The notes under the pieces were generated by a model. The model was not told where the DNA came from, did not search any database, and worked only from the letters and a program-made list of their open reading frames with translations. Shown in pieces: positions 28,767 to 37,881 of a DNA stretch of 64,000 nucleotides. Numbering within the stretch: the first letter of the stretch is position 1; every line of letters begins with the position of its first letter. Both the position numbers and the translations under genes were made by a program. The stretch comes from Promethearchaeota archaeon (GTDB lineage: Archaea > Asgardarchaeota > Lokiarchaeia > Sigyniarchaeales > SOKP01), in NCBI GenBank assembly GCA_016840165.1, contig JAEOSU010000080.1:128001-192000 (forward strand), in the 5' to 3' direction.

Positions 28767-30512
28767 TTAATTTCCAAATAAACCTTTATTTTTCTTAAAC
28801 AAGCCTAATAATTTCATTGCGGGTGGTGTTTCGAATGCAATTTCAATATCTAAAACAGCAGGTTTTTTGGATTGGATTGCCCGCTCCAAAGCCGGTCTTA
28901 TATCTTCTGGTTTGTTTAATGTTTCCCCATAGCATCCAAAACTACGAGCAATTTCAGTATAATTAATTGGTGGAAAATCTACATCACAATATCTTTTACC
29001 AAAATTGAGTTTTTGATTAGACTTTATCATTCCCCATGCACAATTATTCGCAATTACTATAATAATAGGTAAATTCAATCTGACTGCTGTCTCTAATTCT
29101 TGTACATTGAAAAGAAAGCTTCCATCTCCAGTTAAACAGATTACTAGTTTATCTGGTTTAGCCATTTGTACACCAATAGCATAAGGAATTCCAGTACCCA
29201 AATGACCCATTGAGACCGATCTAAAAAAGCTTCTTGGAAGACGAGGTTTAAGAGAGATTAAATCGAGGGCAAATACATAAATATCACCACCATCAATGAC
29301 TATTTGCGCATCATCAGGAAGAAAATCTAACATTTCATATATCAATCGGTGTGGTTTCATAGGTAATTTATCAAATTTCAACATTTTTTCTATCTGATTT
29401 TTATCTTGTTTTCTTACATCTTGTAGATAATCATTCCATTGCGACCATTCCGTTATAGTTCCTTTAGGGAAACTCTTTTCCATCTCTTCTAGGAGCTGGA
29501 TTATAACTGATTTCGCATCTCCGATTATAGCAACACTTACCGGCCTATTCTTTCCAATTTCAGAAGGATCAATATCAACTTGGATAAGTTTTTGATTTTG
29601 GTTCCAAATAGGTGATGATCCATAAATAATTGTATGATCCCATTTGCACCCAAATGAAAGAATTACATCAGCTTCAGCAGCAGCTCTTCTATATGCTATA
29701 GCAGTTAATTTCCCTCCTACAAAGGTCTCATCCATTGTAACCGCTCCGATACCACTTGAAGTTGTCCCAATAGGAATTTTATAAGTTTCAGATAATTTAT
29801 TTATTTCATTAAAAGCTTCTGAAGCCAGAACACCCCCACCAGCAACAATTAAAGGTTTCTTAGCTGATTTTAACAATTCTACGGCTTTTTTTATTCCTTC
29901 AATATTACCAGCTGGTCTGAAGATCGGACGATATTGTTCTGGAGTTAAGATTTTTTTAAAATCTTCCTCTTTAGCTTCTCTTACTAAAGCAGTTTCTCTT
30001 AATTCTAAAAAGACAGGTCCTCTTCTTCCACACATTGCTGCCTTCATACATCTTTGGACTGCGTATGGAATTTCATGAGGTTCTTCGACGGAAACTTGTA
30101 GTTTTGTGATTGGTTTCATTAGACTCATTTGATCCAAATCACCTTGTAACATCCCAATATTTTCAAACATTCTGCCAACTTGAGCACCAATTACTAGCAT
30201 TGGTATGGAATCCGCATTTGCTGCCGCAACGGCAGGTATCAAATGAGATACACCGGGACCTGCTGTACCTAAACAAACACCAATTTCTCCCGTTGCTCTT
30301 GCCCAAGCATCTGCCATATGACCCCCTGCTTGTTCATGTCTAACCATCACGGTGTCAATTCCCTCTTCACGACCCCACCGTTCAATAGCGTCATAAATTT
30401 TTAACAATTCTCCCCCAACAATGCCAAAAATCGTAGTTATTCCTTCATTTATAAGGCATTTGACTAGTAAATCTCCACCATTCTTCATCTGTTTTGACAT
30501 ATTAATAAACAT
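28767..30512 (-). CDS. Thiamine-pyrophosphate enzyme, acetolactate synthase/2-hydroxyacyl-CoA lyase-like
   Basis: RHEQ, GPG, GDGSF...NN TPP motif. Confidence 0.9.
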   Translation of the reverse strand: MFINMSKQMKNGGDLLVKCLINEGITTIFGIVGGELLKIYDAIERWGREEGIDTVMVRHEQAGGHMADAWARATGEIGVCLGTAGPGVSHLIPAVAAANADSIPMLVIGAQVGRMFENIGMLQGDLDQMSLMKPITKLQVSVEEPHEIPYAVQRCMKAAMCGRRGPVFLELRETALVREAKEEDFKKILTPEQYRPIFRPAGNIEGIKKAVELLKSAKKPLIVAGGGVLASEAFNEINKLSETYKIPIGTTSSGIGAVTMDETFVGGKLTAIAYRRAAAEADVILSFGCKWDHTIIYGSSPIWNQNQKLIQVDIDPSEIGKNRPVSVAIIGDAKSVIIQLLEEMEKSFPKGTITEWSQWNDYLQDVRKQDKNQIEKMLKFDKLPMKPHRLIYEMLDFLPDDAQIVIDGGDIYVFALDLISLKPRLPRSFFRSVSMGHLGTGIPYAIGVQMAKPDKLVICLTGDGSFLFNVQELETAVRLNLPIIIVIANNCAWGMIKSNQKLNFGKRYCDVDFPPINYTEIARSFGCYGETLNKPEDIRPALERAIQSKKPAVLDIEIAFETPPAMKLLGLFKKNKGLFGN

Positions 30513-30594
30513 TAAAAATAAAAATTAAATTTTGGTAAAATCAAAATTTTTACATTAGTATCTAAAAAAACTAAGATCTGTTGAGGAAAATAAT

Positions 30595-31884
30595 TTAAAA
30601 TACTTTTGGATAAAAATTAAGAGGTCCTGTAGGTTCCCTCAACTCAAATTTTCCTCTAAGTATTAAATTTTTAAGTTCAATAGCAAGTTTTATCGCATTA
30701 TATCTATCAGATTGCCTTAGAACTACTGGGATTTCCTCCCCTTCGAATTTAATAGTTTTTAAATCACATTCAAAAGCATTTTCAGGGCAAAAGTAAACAC
30801 ATGTACCACAGTTAAAGCAACGTGTGCGATCAATCGAAGTAATTTTTCCTTTTTCTATTATAAATGCATTAGTGGGGCATTCTCCAATAATTTCGCAACT
30901 TCTACACTCTTTGCATACACTTGGATTAAAACTAACGTAAAAATTGTTGTCCCATACATCTCCATATGAAATCTGCCCTATTTTATTTCTCCCTACCACA
31001 TTAAGGATTACTAAAGGAACTTCATTATCACTCTTTATGATTTGATTTAACACATTTTCATTAAGAATTGGGATCGGTACAGCTATACTGCATATATTTT
31101 CTAATCCATAAGATGTTTTAAAAGCACCCATATACTCAGGTTTCATTCCTTTAAAATCAGCAATAGTCTGCATATTAGGTTTAAGTTTATCATTACGAGT
31201 TCCGGGTCCAAATATAATCCCTTCACCTCCATTAACAAGAATCTTAGTTCCAACACCTAATACATCCGCATCGGGGTCATTTTGAAAGGGATTTAACGCC
31301 CCACATCCAGAAAATGTGAGTTGTTTCTTATGACCAGCTAACGGTAAAACAGAAAATATTGTATCGACCGGATCTTGACTAGGATTCAACATTGCAAAAT
31401 AATTTTTTATTGCTTGCCTTGTTCCCATCATCCTTGCGAACTGCATATCATCTAACGTTATTTCTCGTTCCAATCTTTCTCCATTCTCTCCCTCTGCGCA
31501 TACTTTTATCGTTTTACCTTCAACCAAATCCCTAAAGAGCATCCCACCGGAATAATTTTTAATTGTAGTACTATGATTTGTACCATATAATATGAGATCT
31601 ACTATCCCAAGAAATTCGTTTGGACAGGGTCCCGGGAAAGCGGTGATGCCATTTAGCGATACTTTTGTAAATTTTCTGATTTTTTTAGGAGGAGTTAGTC
31701 GAAAAGAAAAAATTCCTGCGATACCACTCATTAAAGCTTTAGTTGCAGTAGTGATCACATCAACATCCTCAAATCTAACCTTCTCTCCATCTTCTAATTT
31801 TTCAATAAGTTCTTGAACAGTTAAAATTACTGCTGTACCTTTAGAAATTTTCTGATTTATCTCACTATAAGTTCGTTTTTTCAT
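30595..31884 (-). CDS. DUF39 (homocysteine-biosynthesis family)/methanogenesis-marker-16-like protein with 2x[4Fe-4S] ferredoxin domain
   Basis: RT..EIN.KI, VDVITTAT, GPCPNE.LG, SGCG..NP.QNDP, two Cys4 ferredoxin motifs (CxxCxxCx5CP, CxxCxxCxxxCP). Confidence 0.75.
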   Translation of the reverse strand: MKKRTYSEINQKISKGTAVILTVQELIEKLEDGEKVRFEDVDVITTATKALMSGIAGIFSFRLTPPKKIRKFTKVSLNGITAFPGPCPNEFLGIVDLILYGTNHSTTIKNYSGGMLFRDLVEGKTIKVCAEGENGERLEREITLDDMQFARMMGTRQAIKNYFAMLNPSQDPVDTIFSVLPLAGHKKQLTFSGCGALNPFQNDPDADVLGVGTKILVNGGEGIIFGPGTRNDKLKPNMQTIADFKGMKPEYMGAFKTSYGLENICSIAVPIPILNENVLNQIIKSDNEVPLVILNVVGRNKIGQISYGDVWDNNFYVSFNPSVCKECRSCEIIGECPTNAFIIEKGKITSIDRTRCFNCGTCVYFCPENAFECDLKTIKFEGEEIPVVLRQSDRYNAIKLAIELKNLILRGKFELREPTGPLNFYPKVF

Positions 31885-32019
31885 AAACCATATCTCATCT
31901 CGAGAACAATAAAAAATTTAATCTTAAATTTATAATAAAATTTTTTTATTATACAAATGCTTACATTTCTTAAAGAATTATTGCATGATCTGGTAGTTTA
32001 AATCGAGGTTTAACTTTTA

Positions 32020-32742
32020 TTGCCCTATTTTGAATCGAGATTGCGAGTGAATTTCAATGACTTGGATGAAATTCATCGTGTATTAGAATTCTGTGAAAAA
32101 TTGCAAATAAACAATTTGATTTTAGAACCTTTAAATGATTCAAAGCATTTTCATGAAGATTTTTTATCGAAAATCAATAAAGACACAAAAATCAACATCT
32201 ATATTCGATTTAATTTAACACCCAGAACTTTAAATGAATTTAAAGAGGATTTGAAATTATATCGAAATCTTCCCTATATTCTTTCTTTGGAGACTAATGT
32301 GAAAGAGATTCAAATTCAAGCCGCTAAAGATTCAAGAATTCAACTTTTATCTTACTCAGATCCAGTTAATATGAAAACAGCAACACCTGGGGTAATCTCT
32401 CTGGCCAAACAAAATGGAACCTTTATAGAATGTTCCTTAGCACCTATAATGATAAAGAATAGAGCCTTGCAATCAAAAAATCTTCGATTAATATATCGTT
32501 TCTTACAATTAATACTGAGAATTAATCCTTACTTTATTATTAGTGGGAATTTCGAAACTATATATGATTTAAGACATCCTAGGAACTTATGCAGTATTTG
32601 TAATACCTTGCTTGGAATGCCACTAGACAAGGCAAAAAATGCTTTTTCAAGAAACGTTGATATATTGTTAAAACAAGTAATAGAACGAAAAGAAAATAAG
32701 TTAGCCCAATCTGGTGTACGTTTAATTAAAGGGGATAAATAA
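32020..32742 (+). CDS. rnp3: RNase P subunit p30 (Rpp30)
   Basis: LAKQNG.FIE, IISG.....YDLRHPR; adjacent to pop5. Confidence 0.8.
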   Translation: MPYFESRLRVNFNDLDEIHRVLEFCEKLQINNLILEPLNDSKHFHEDFLSKINKDTKINIYIRFNLTPRTLNEFKEDLKLYRNLPYILSLETNVKEIQIQAAKDSRIQLLSYSDPVNMKTATPGVISLAKQNGTFIECSLAPIMIKNRALQSKNLRLIYRFLQLILRINPYFIISGNFETIYDLRHPRNLCSICNTLLGMPLDKAKNAFSRNVDILLKQVIERKENKLAQSGVRLIKGDK

Positions 32743-32745
32743 ATT

Positions 32746-33066
32746 ATGAAAGAGGAAAGACAAAGATATATTTTATTTAAAATTATAAAGGATGATCCAA
32801 TATTTCTTAGCGATAAAATGCTATTGAATTCAATTTGGCATTCAATATGGAAATATTTTGGAATGGAGGGAGCTACGAAAATTGGTTTATGGTTAGTTGA
32901 GTATAATACAGATGAGGGCTATGGAATTATACGATGCTCTCATATAACAAAAGAGATGATAATTTCTGCATTAACTATGATTCAGGAAATATCAGGGGTA
33001 AGAATAATTTTGTCTCCGATTAAAACATCAGGGACTCTTAATAAAATTAAAAAGTATATTAAATAA
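32746..33066 (+). CDS. rnp2: RNase P subunit Pop5/Rpp14
   Basis: RQRYILF, FG..G, GIIRC, TSGT. Confidence 0.9.
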   Translation: MKEERQRYILFKIIKDDPIFLSDKMLLNSIWHSIWKYFGMEGATKIGLWLVEYNTDEGYGIIRCSHITKEMIISALTMIQEISGVRIILSPIKTSGTLNKIKKYIK

Positions 33067-33084
33067 AATAAATGAACCATTAGG

Positions 33085-33519
33085 ATGTCCAAAGAATTTT
33101 TAACAGATGCGATTATCGAAAAGAAGGTAAAAGTCGCTAATTATTTTCCTAATCTTTTTTTAAAATCGAAAGGAAAGTTTAAGGGCTATCCTAATATCCT
33201 TGTAGTTCGGTTATTAACAAAAAAGTTTGCTAAATTATCAATTTATCCTTTAAAGAGCACCAAAATAGTTAAAATAATTCTCAGTGGTTTTGATTTTCAA
33301 AATGCAATGATTCAAAATACTATTAAAAAATTAAAAAATTATAATATAATTCACACTTCAGGACTCACATCCTTAGGGAAGAGAGCCTATTATGAATGCT
33401 ATTTAGATTTAAGTTTTAGTGATAAAGATTATAAATATTTAAAATCCGTATTAGATAATGTTAAAAATATATTTGAAGATATAAAGATTGTAGAAATTGG
33501 TTTGAATTTGAAGAGTTAA
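33085..33519 (+). CDS. Hypothetical protein
   Basis: ORF in operon-like spacing after pop5; contains IIHTSG motif. Confidence 0.5.
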   Translation: MSKEFLTDAIIEKKVKVANYFPNLFLKSKGKFKGYPNILVVRLLTKKFAKLSIYPLKSTKIVKIILSGFDFQNAMIQNTIKKLKNYNIIHTSGLTSLGKRAYYECYLDLSFSDKDYKYLKSVLDNVKNIFEDIKIVEIGLNLKS

Positions 33520-33523
33520 AAAG

Positions 33524-33976
33524 ATGAAGATATGGAATATTTCTCTAAGTTATGGTGAAAACGATACTAAAGAATTTGAGTTATTCGATACTTTTGAATT
33601 TTTCAATGGATATCTAAAAATAAAGCGTAGTTATTTTGAAAAACTGTTGAAAGCTGTTAATATGACTAAAAAATATAAAATTGAGAAAGCTATTTCAAAA
33701 GTAATCGATCCTGAAAAAAAGGATTGGACATTGAATCCTTGGATGCTTTTTTTAGTAAAGGATAATGAAAAAGAGAACCCTTTTTGGCTCCTAATAAAGA
33801 GGGAAAAGGATTTATCAGGGACCCTTGTAGCTATCGGGCCTAAACAATTTAGAGATTACAATTCAAGTCTAAATAGTGAGGCAAAACGAGAATTGAAAAG
33901 ATTGATAAATTTTATTATTGTTTATTTGAATAAGTTTAATTGTTTGATTCTTATTCCTAATTTTCTGAGAAAATAA
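33524..33976 (+). CDS. Hypothetical protein
   Basis: 150-aa ORF 4 nt after the previous gene. Confidence 0.55.
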   Translation: MKIWNISLSYGENDTKEFELFDTFEFFNGYLKIKRSYFEKLLKAVNMTKKYKIEKAISKVIDPEKKDWTLNPWMLFLVKDNEKENPFWLLIKREKDLSGTLVAIGPKQFRDYNSSLNSEAKRELKRLINFIIVYLNKFNCLILIPNFLRK

Positions 33977-34010
33977 CCTTCTCATAAAGAGAGTGAAGCA
34001 AATTTTTGCT

Positions 34011-34442
34011 TTATATTATTTTTTCACATTCCTCATTAACAGCTTTCATAGTGCTATTAAAATCTTGCCACCAATCTTGTCCTTGTTGTGCTACTAAAAT
34101 AGCATCTACTTTATTAGTGTCTAAGCACCTAATCTCTTCCTTTTGAGCTTTCACTTTATCTTGCCAAATTTGACTGAAAATATTTTGTAAATTAATTTTA
34201 ACTTTTTTTACTAATTCCTCGTAAGTCACACTTACATCCTCTGTTTTTTGGAGCTTCTGGAGTTGATCAAACTTCACTTTTTCTTTAGCCTTATTTAAAT
34301 CGCTACAATTAATTATAATTGTAAAAGGCTCATTTTTTCCATATTTACAATATTTTTGAATTTCACAAGGAGTACAATATTTTTCAAAGCTAATATTGAA
34401 ATCCTCCAGACCAATTATCGAGTAATTTAAGATATTTGACAT
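34011..34442 (-). CDS. Hypothetical Cys-containing protein
   Basis: CxxCx4C...C cluster; 143 aa. Confidence 0.55.
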   Translation of the reverse strand: MSNILNYSIIGLEDFNISFEKYCTPCEIQKYCKYGKNEPFTIIINCSDLNKAKEKVKFDQLQKLQKTEDVSVTYEELVKKVKINLQNIFSQIWQDKVKAQKEEIRCLDTNKVDAILVAQQGQDWWQDFNSTMKAVNEECEKII

Positions 34443-34772
34443 GGAATGCTCTCTTAAAGGATGTTTAAATAATAAAAACCTTTAAAATATTAATATTTAA
34501 GGCAAAAGAAGACAAAAATTTTTTAACCATATTTTATTAGATTATGATGTCTTTGCGTGTTCCTGCAACAGTACCTTCTTTTTTTAAGGTTTAATTTTAA
34601 AATAACAAGATTAATCTTTCAGAAACAGGATATATTTGTTCAAACATTTCTTTAGTTAAATATGATTTTGTTTCTAACTAATTCGTCAATATATATAAAA
34701 TTTCTATAATTACGAATAACCATATCCACATATTTAATTTTTCTTTAAATATATTCGGCTAGATTTACTACT

Positions 34773-36902
34773 ATGGCCTCTGATAATAAACAAAAATCCT
34801 TGCCACGACGATGCACCTATTGCAACGCTCGATTTAACGATGAACTCCGCCAACTTCTAGTGGAAGATGACGAACCCATTTATTGTGAATTATGTGGAAC
34901 CGAAGTGAGAATTCACTCTACGCAAGAGTCTCAAACTCATAAAAAAGGCTCTAAAAAAGGACGACCCTGCTCCAAAAAGAAACATAAAAAGAAAAGATCT
35001 AAAAAAAAGCGAAAACAAGAAACCCAGCACCTAAATCCGATCACCCATATCGGCTTTGACCCCGAATTCCCCCTCATCTTCAAAGAAAACCTCATGCTCG
35101 TCCTCTCGCGAATCATATATCTCGCCATCAAAAAGGTCGACGATATTGAAGCTCTGAAAAATAGTAACCGCGACATTTCAAAAGAACTGATCGCCCAGCT
35201 TGAACACATCCTTGAACCAACCACGTGGGCGAAAATTAAGGTCAATTTTCTTGGAAAGCTTTATAAGCTTACAATTGACCAGTTCTATGAGCACTTAAAA
35301 CGACTCCAGAAAAAAATCCAGGAGAATGAGCAATACCGCGAGCACTTTATCATCTTTCTGCGCTATATCATTAACAACACCTTTAGAATCATTTCAGAGA
35401 TGTGGGAAGCCCCTGAAATCCCCAAATTCTTTCATGTAATCCGGAAAGACCTCAAAAATTACGGGTTCGATGCGTATACTAAGGAAGATCACAGTGAAGA
35501 ACAAGTAATTGAAAAAAATGTTGACAACACCTCCGAAAAATTTATAGTTATTGAAGAAAATGAGAATGTGGAAGCTCAAGAAGAATTCTTAGCTAACCCA
35601 ATTGGTTTTAATCTCAACGAAGAAAAAAAAAGCATCATTAGAAATTTTGTTATAAATTTATTCGGAAATGATCCAATAAACTGCTATAAAGATATCATCA
35701 ATGATGAAAATTTTGGATCATTAAGATCCATTGCAGATCGCTTAGAAATATCAAGACCGACCCTTAAAAGTTATCTTTCGACCTGGTTCAAAATATTGTA
35801 TAGGAAAAAAGCAGTAAATAATGTTTTTAAATTATTCTGGAAAGAAAATTCTTCCAAACAAAAGGAAAAAATAATATTTAACGAGTTAATTGAAAAATAT
35901 ATCCGTTTATATCCAGATAGAATCTATTTAATTCCAACAAGAAATAGCTTATTAGCGAGTGAATTAAAGGGAATAATAAGCAAAAATACTTTTAGGCCTT
36001 GGGTAATAGATTACCTTGTTCAACTTAGGTTTAAAAGCCAAGATAAAGCAATTAAAATTTATAATGAAATATGGGGCAAAAATTGTGCTAGGAGAAGAAA
36101 GATTAAATATGTGGATATAAAAGATTTTATCCATCATAGAAGTCATGGAAAAGCTTTTTTGCTAACATCTAAAGAAGATTTTGAACAAATACAGGGTTAC
36201 CCTACAGAGAGAAACATTAGTATAGCATGTGGAGAGGAACATAAATTTTCTATCCAGGTTAGAAAGTTAATTTACGACTATAATTGGTGTCCATACTGTA
36301 ATGAGTACCTTTGTGAAAAGTTCCTAGGGAGTTATTTGGGATATCTATTTAAAACATCTTTCAAATCTCAAGTTTCTCTAAATGAGGCTTTTTGCATTGA
36401 TAAAAAAGAGGAAATCGTAAAAACAGTAGAAATAGATGGTATTAGGTATAAAATTTCTATTTTTCCTGGAAGATTGCGATATGATCATTATAGTGCTAGC
36501 GTTTATTTGACAGGAAAAAAGGAAGTCACTTATAGGTTTTTTGTTGCAGCAGAATACGATGGAATCCATCATGATGAGGAGAATATAATGCAAAATCCGT
36601 TTTGCGATAGTAATGAGGAATATGCTTCTATAGTAGCGAGGGACACTATTAAAAATGAAATCTCTTATGAAAAAAAAGTAATTCTGATAAGGCTAAAAGA
36701 GAAAGATGGTTTCAATCGGAGAAGACTGCAGTATAACCAAAAAGAGACTATGAGAGAAATTATATCGCAATTTAAAAGACAAATCAAAGAATTATTTGAT
36801 ATTGAGGAGGTTGAGCTAAAATATGATCCATATATTAGAATTGATCCTTTTGGAGAAAAAGAAATTTATCGACTACAAGGTTCTTTAGATAGATTCTTAT
36901 AA
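34773..36902 (+). CDS. Multidomain Zn-ribbon/HTH protein with Vsr/DUF559-like endonuclease and C-terminal PIP box
   Basis: CxxC...CxxC; SLRSIADRLEISRPTL HTH; C..EH.F...WCPYC; LRYD...AEYDGIHH...RD..K....ILIRL; QGSLDRFL. Confidence 0.7.
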   Translation: MASDNKQKSLPRRCTYCNARFNDELRQLLVEDDEPIYCELCGTEVRIHSTQESQTHKKGSKKGRPCSKKKHKKKRSKKKRKQETQHLNPITHIGFDPEFPLIFKENLMLVLSRIIYLAIKKVDDIEALKNSNRDISKELIAQLEHILEPTTWAKIKVNFLGKLYKLTIDQFYEHLKRLQKKIQENEQYREHFIIFLRYIINNTFRIISEMWEAPEIPKFFHVIRKDLKNYGFDAYTKEDHSEEQVIEKNVDNTSEKFIVIEENENVEAQEEFLANPIGFNLNEEKKSIIRNFVINLFGNDPINCYKDIINDENFGSLRSIADRLEISRPTLKSYLSTWFKILYRKKAVNNVFKLFWKENSSKQKEKIIFNELIEKYIRLYPDRIYLIPTRNSLLASELKGIISKNTFRPWVIDYLVQLRFKSQDKAIKIYNEIWGKNCARRRKIKYVDIKDFIHHRSHGKAFLLTSKEDFEQIQGYPTERNISIACGEEHKFSIQVRKLIYDYNWCPYCNEYLCEKFLGSYLGYLFKTSFKSQVSLNEAFCIDKKEEIVKTVEIDGIRYKISIFPGRLRYDHYSASVYLTGKKEVTYRFFVAAEYDGIHHDEENIMQNPFCDSNEEYASIVARDTIKNEISYEKKVILIRLKEKDGFNRRRLQYNQKETMREIISQFKRQIKELFDIEEVELKYDPYIRIDPFGEKEIYRLQGSLDRFL

Positions 36903-37020
36903 TTTTTTTCCAAAAATTTTTTAGGCATTCACTATAAAAATTAATTATTAAAGCAATAATTAATGATTATTACAAGCACTAAAAATTCAAGCTTCTAAAA
37001 CATAAAATTATTCTTTTCGA

Positions 37021-37137
37021 GGGAAAGTGGCTTGGGAGAGATGATGTTTACTTGCGAGACGTCTCTTCATTGGCTTAGCCTGGTATAGCGCACGGCTGAT
37101 AACCGTGAGGTCGGGGGTTCGAAGCCCCCCTTTCCCA
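37021..37137 (+). tRNA. tRNA-Ile(GAT) with a 43-nt intron in the 5' strand of the D arm
   Basis: GGGAAAG/CTTTCCC-A; CACGG-CTGATAA-CCGTG; GGGGG-TTCGAAG-CCCCC; removing 43 nt between the two TGGCTT copies yields a 74-nt cloverleaf. Confidence 0.88.
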
Positions 37138-37256
37138 TTCAATAAATTATACATATCTATAGAATTTTATCAATGTTATATATATAAATGATAATAACTC
37201 ATTCTTTTAATTTTAAATATTGATTTAAACAATAATACCTTATATTGGAGAGGTAA

Positions 37257-37850
37257 ATGAAATTTATTATAATTTCGGGAACACCGGGAACTGGAAAGAC
37301 CACAATTTCTAATAATTTGCTTAAGTATATTAATGCAAAAGTCATTTCGTTGAATGAACTTGTTATTGAAAGAAATTTCGTCTTAGAATATGATCAGGAA
37401 AGAGAAACATCTATTATTGATGAGAAGAAGTTAATTAAAAATTTGGATAAAATGATTAAAAATTATGTGAAAACGTCTATAGATTACCTAATCATTGAGG
37501 GGCATTTCTCGGATATTATTCCAGAAAAATATATGGATCTCATTATTATACTACGATGTCACCCAGATGAGTTATTTGTTAGATTGAAAAAACGAGGATA
37601 TATGAATAAAAAGATTTTAGAAAATATCCAGTCAGAAATTTTAGGGAGTTGTGCTAATTATTTTATTTCAAAGGAAAGAGAATTACCTTTGTATGAAATC
37701 GATACCACTAATTCCAAAATAAAGGAGATTTCAAAAAAGATTCTTGATATTATAAACGGTAATGTGGATATAAATGATTATCTGATTGGTGAGATTGATT
37801 GGCTTGAAGAGATTTCAAATCAAGACCGATTAAATGAATTTTTTAAATAA
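37257..37850 (+). CDS. AK6/Fap7-type adenylate kinase
   Basis: GTPGTGKTT, IIEGH, RL..RGY...KI.EN. Confidence 0.9.
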   Translation: MKFIIISGTPGTGKTTISNNLLKYINAKVISLNELVIERNFVLEYDQERETSIIDEKKLIKNLDKMIKNYVKTSIDYLIIEGHFSDIIPEKYMDLIIILRCHPDELFVRLKKRGYMNKKILENIQSEILGSCANYFISKERELPLYEIDTTNSKIKEISKKILDIINGNVDINDYLIGEIDWLEEISNQDRLNEFFK

Positions 37851-37881
37851 TTTTGAATAAGAGTATGAAAAGATTAGGTCT

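Noticed and set aside
37034-37070. ATGATG in the tRNA-Ile intron as a possible intron-encoded C/D RNA
   Set aside because: Box C is incomplete, there is no CTGA box D, and the intron is too short
34443-37137. Integrated element at tRNA-Ile
   Set aside because: No integrase and no duplicated tRNA fragment (att site) seen; the nuclease gene lies at the tRNA 5' side
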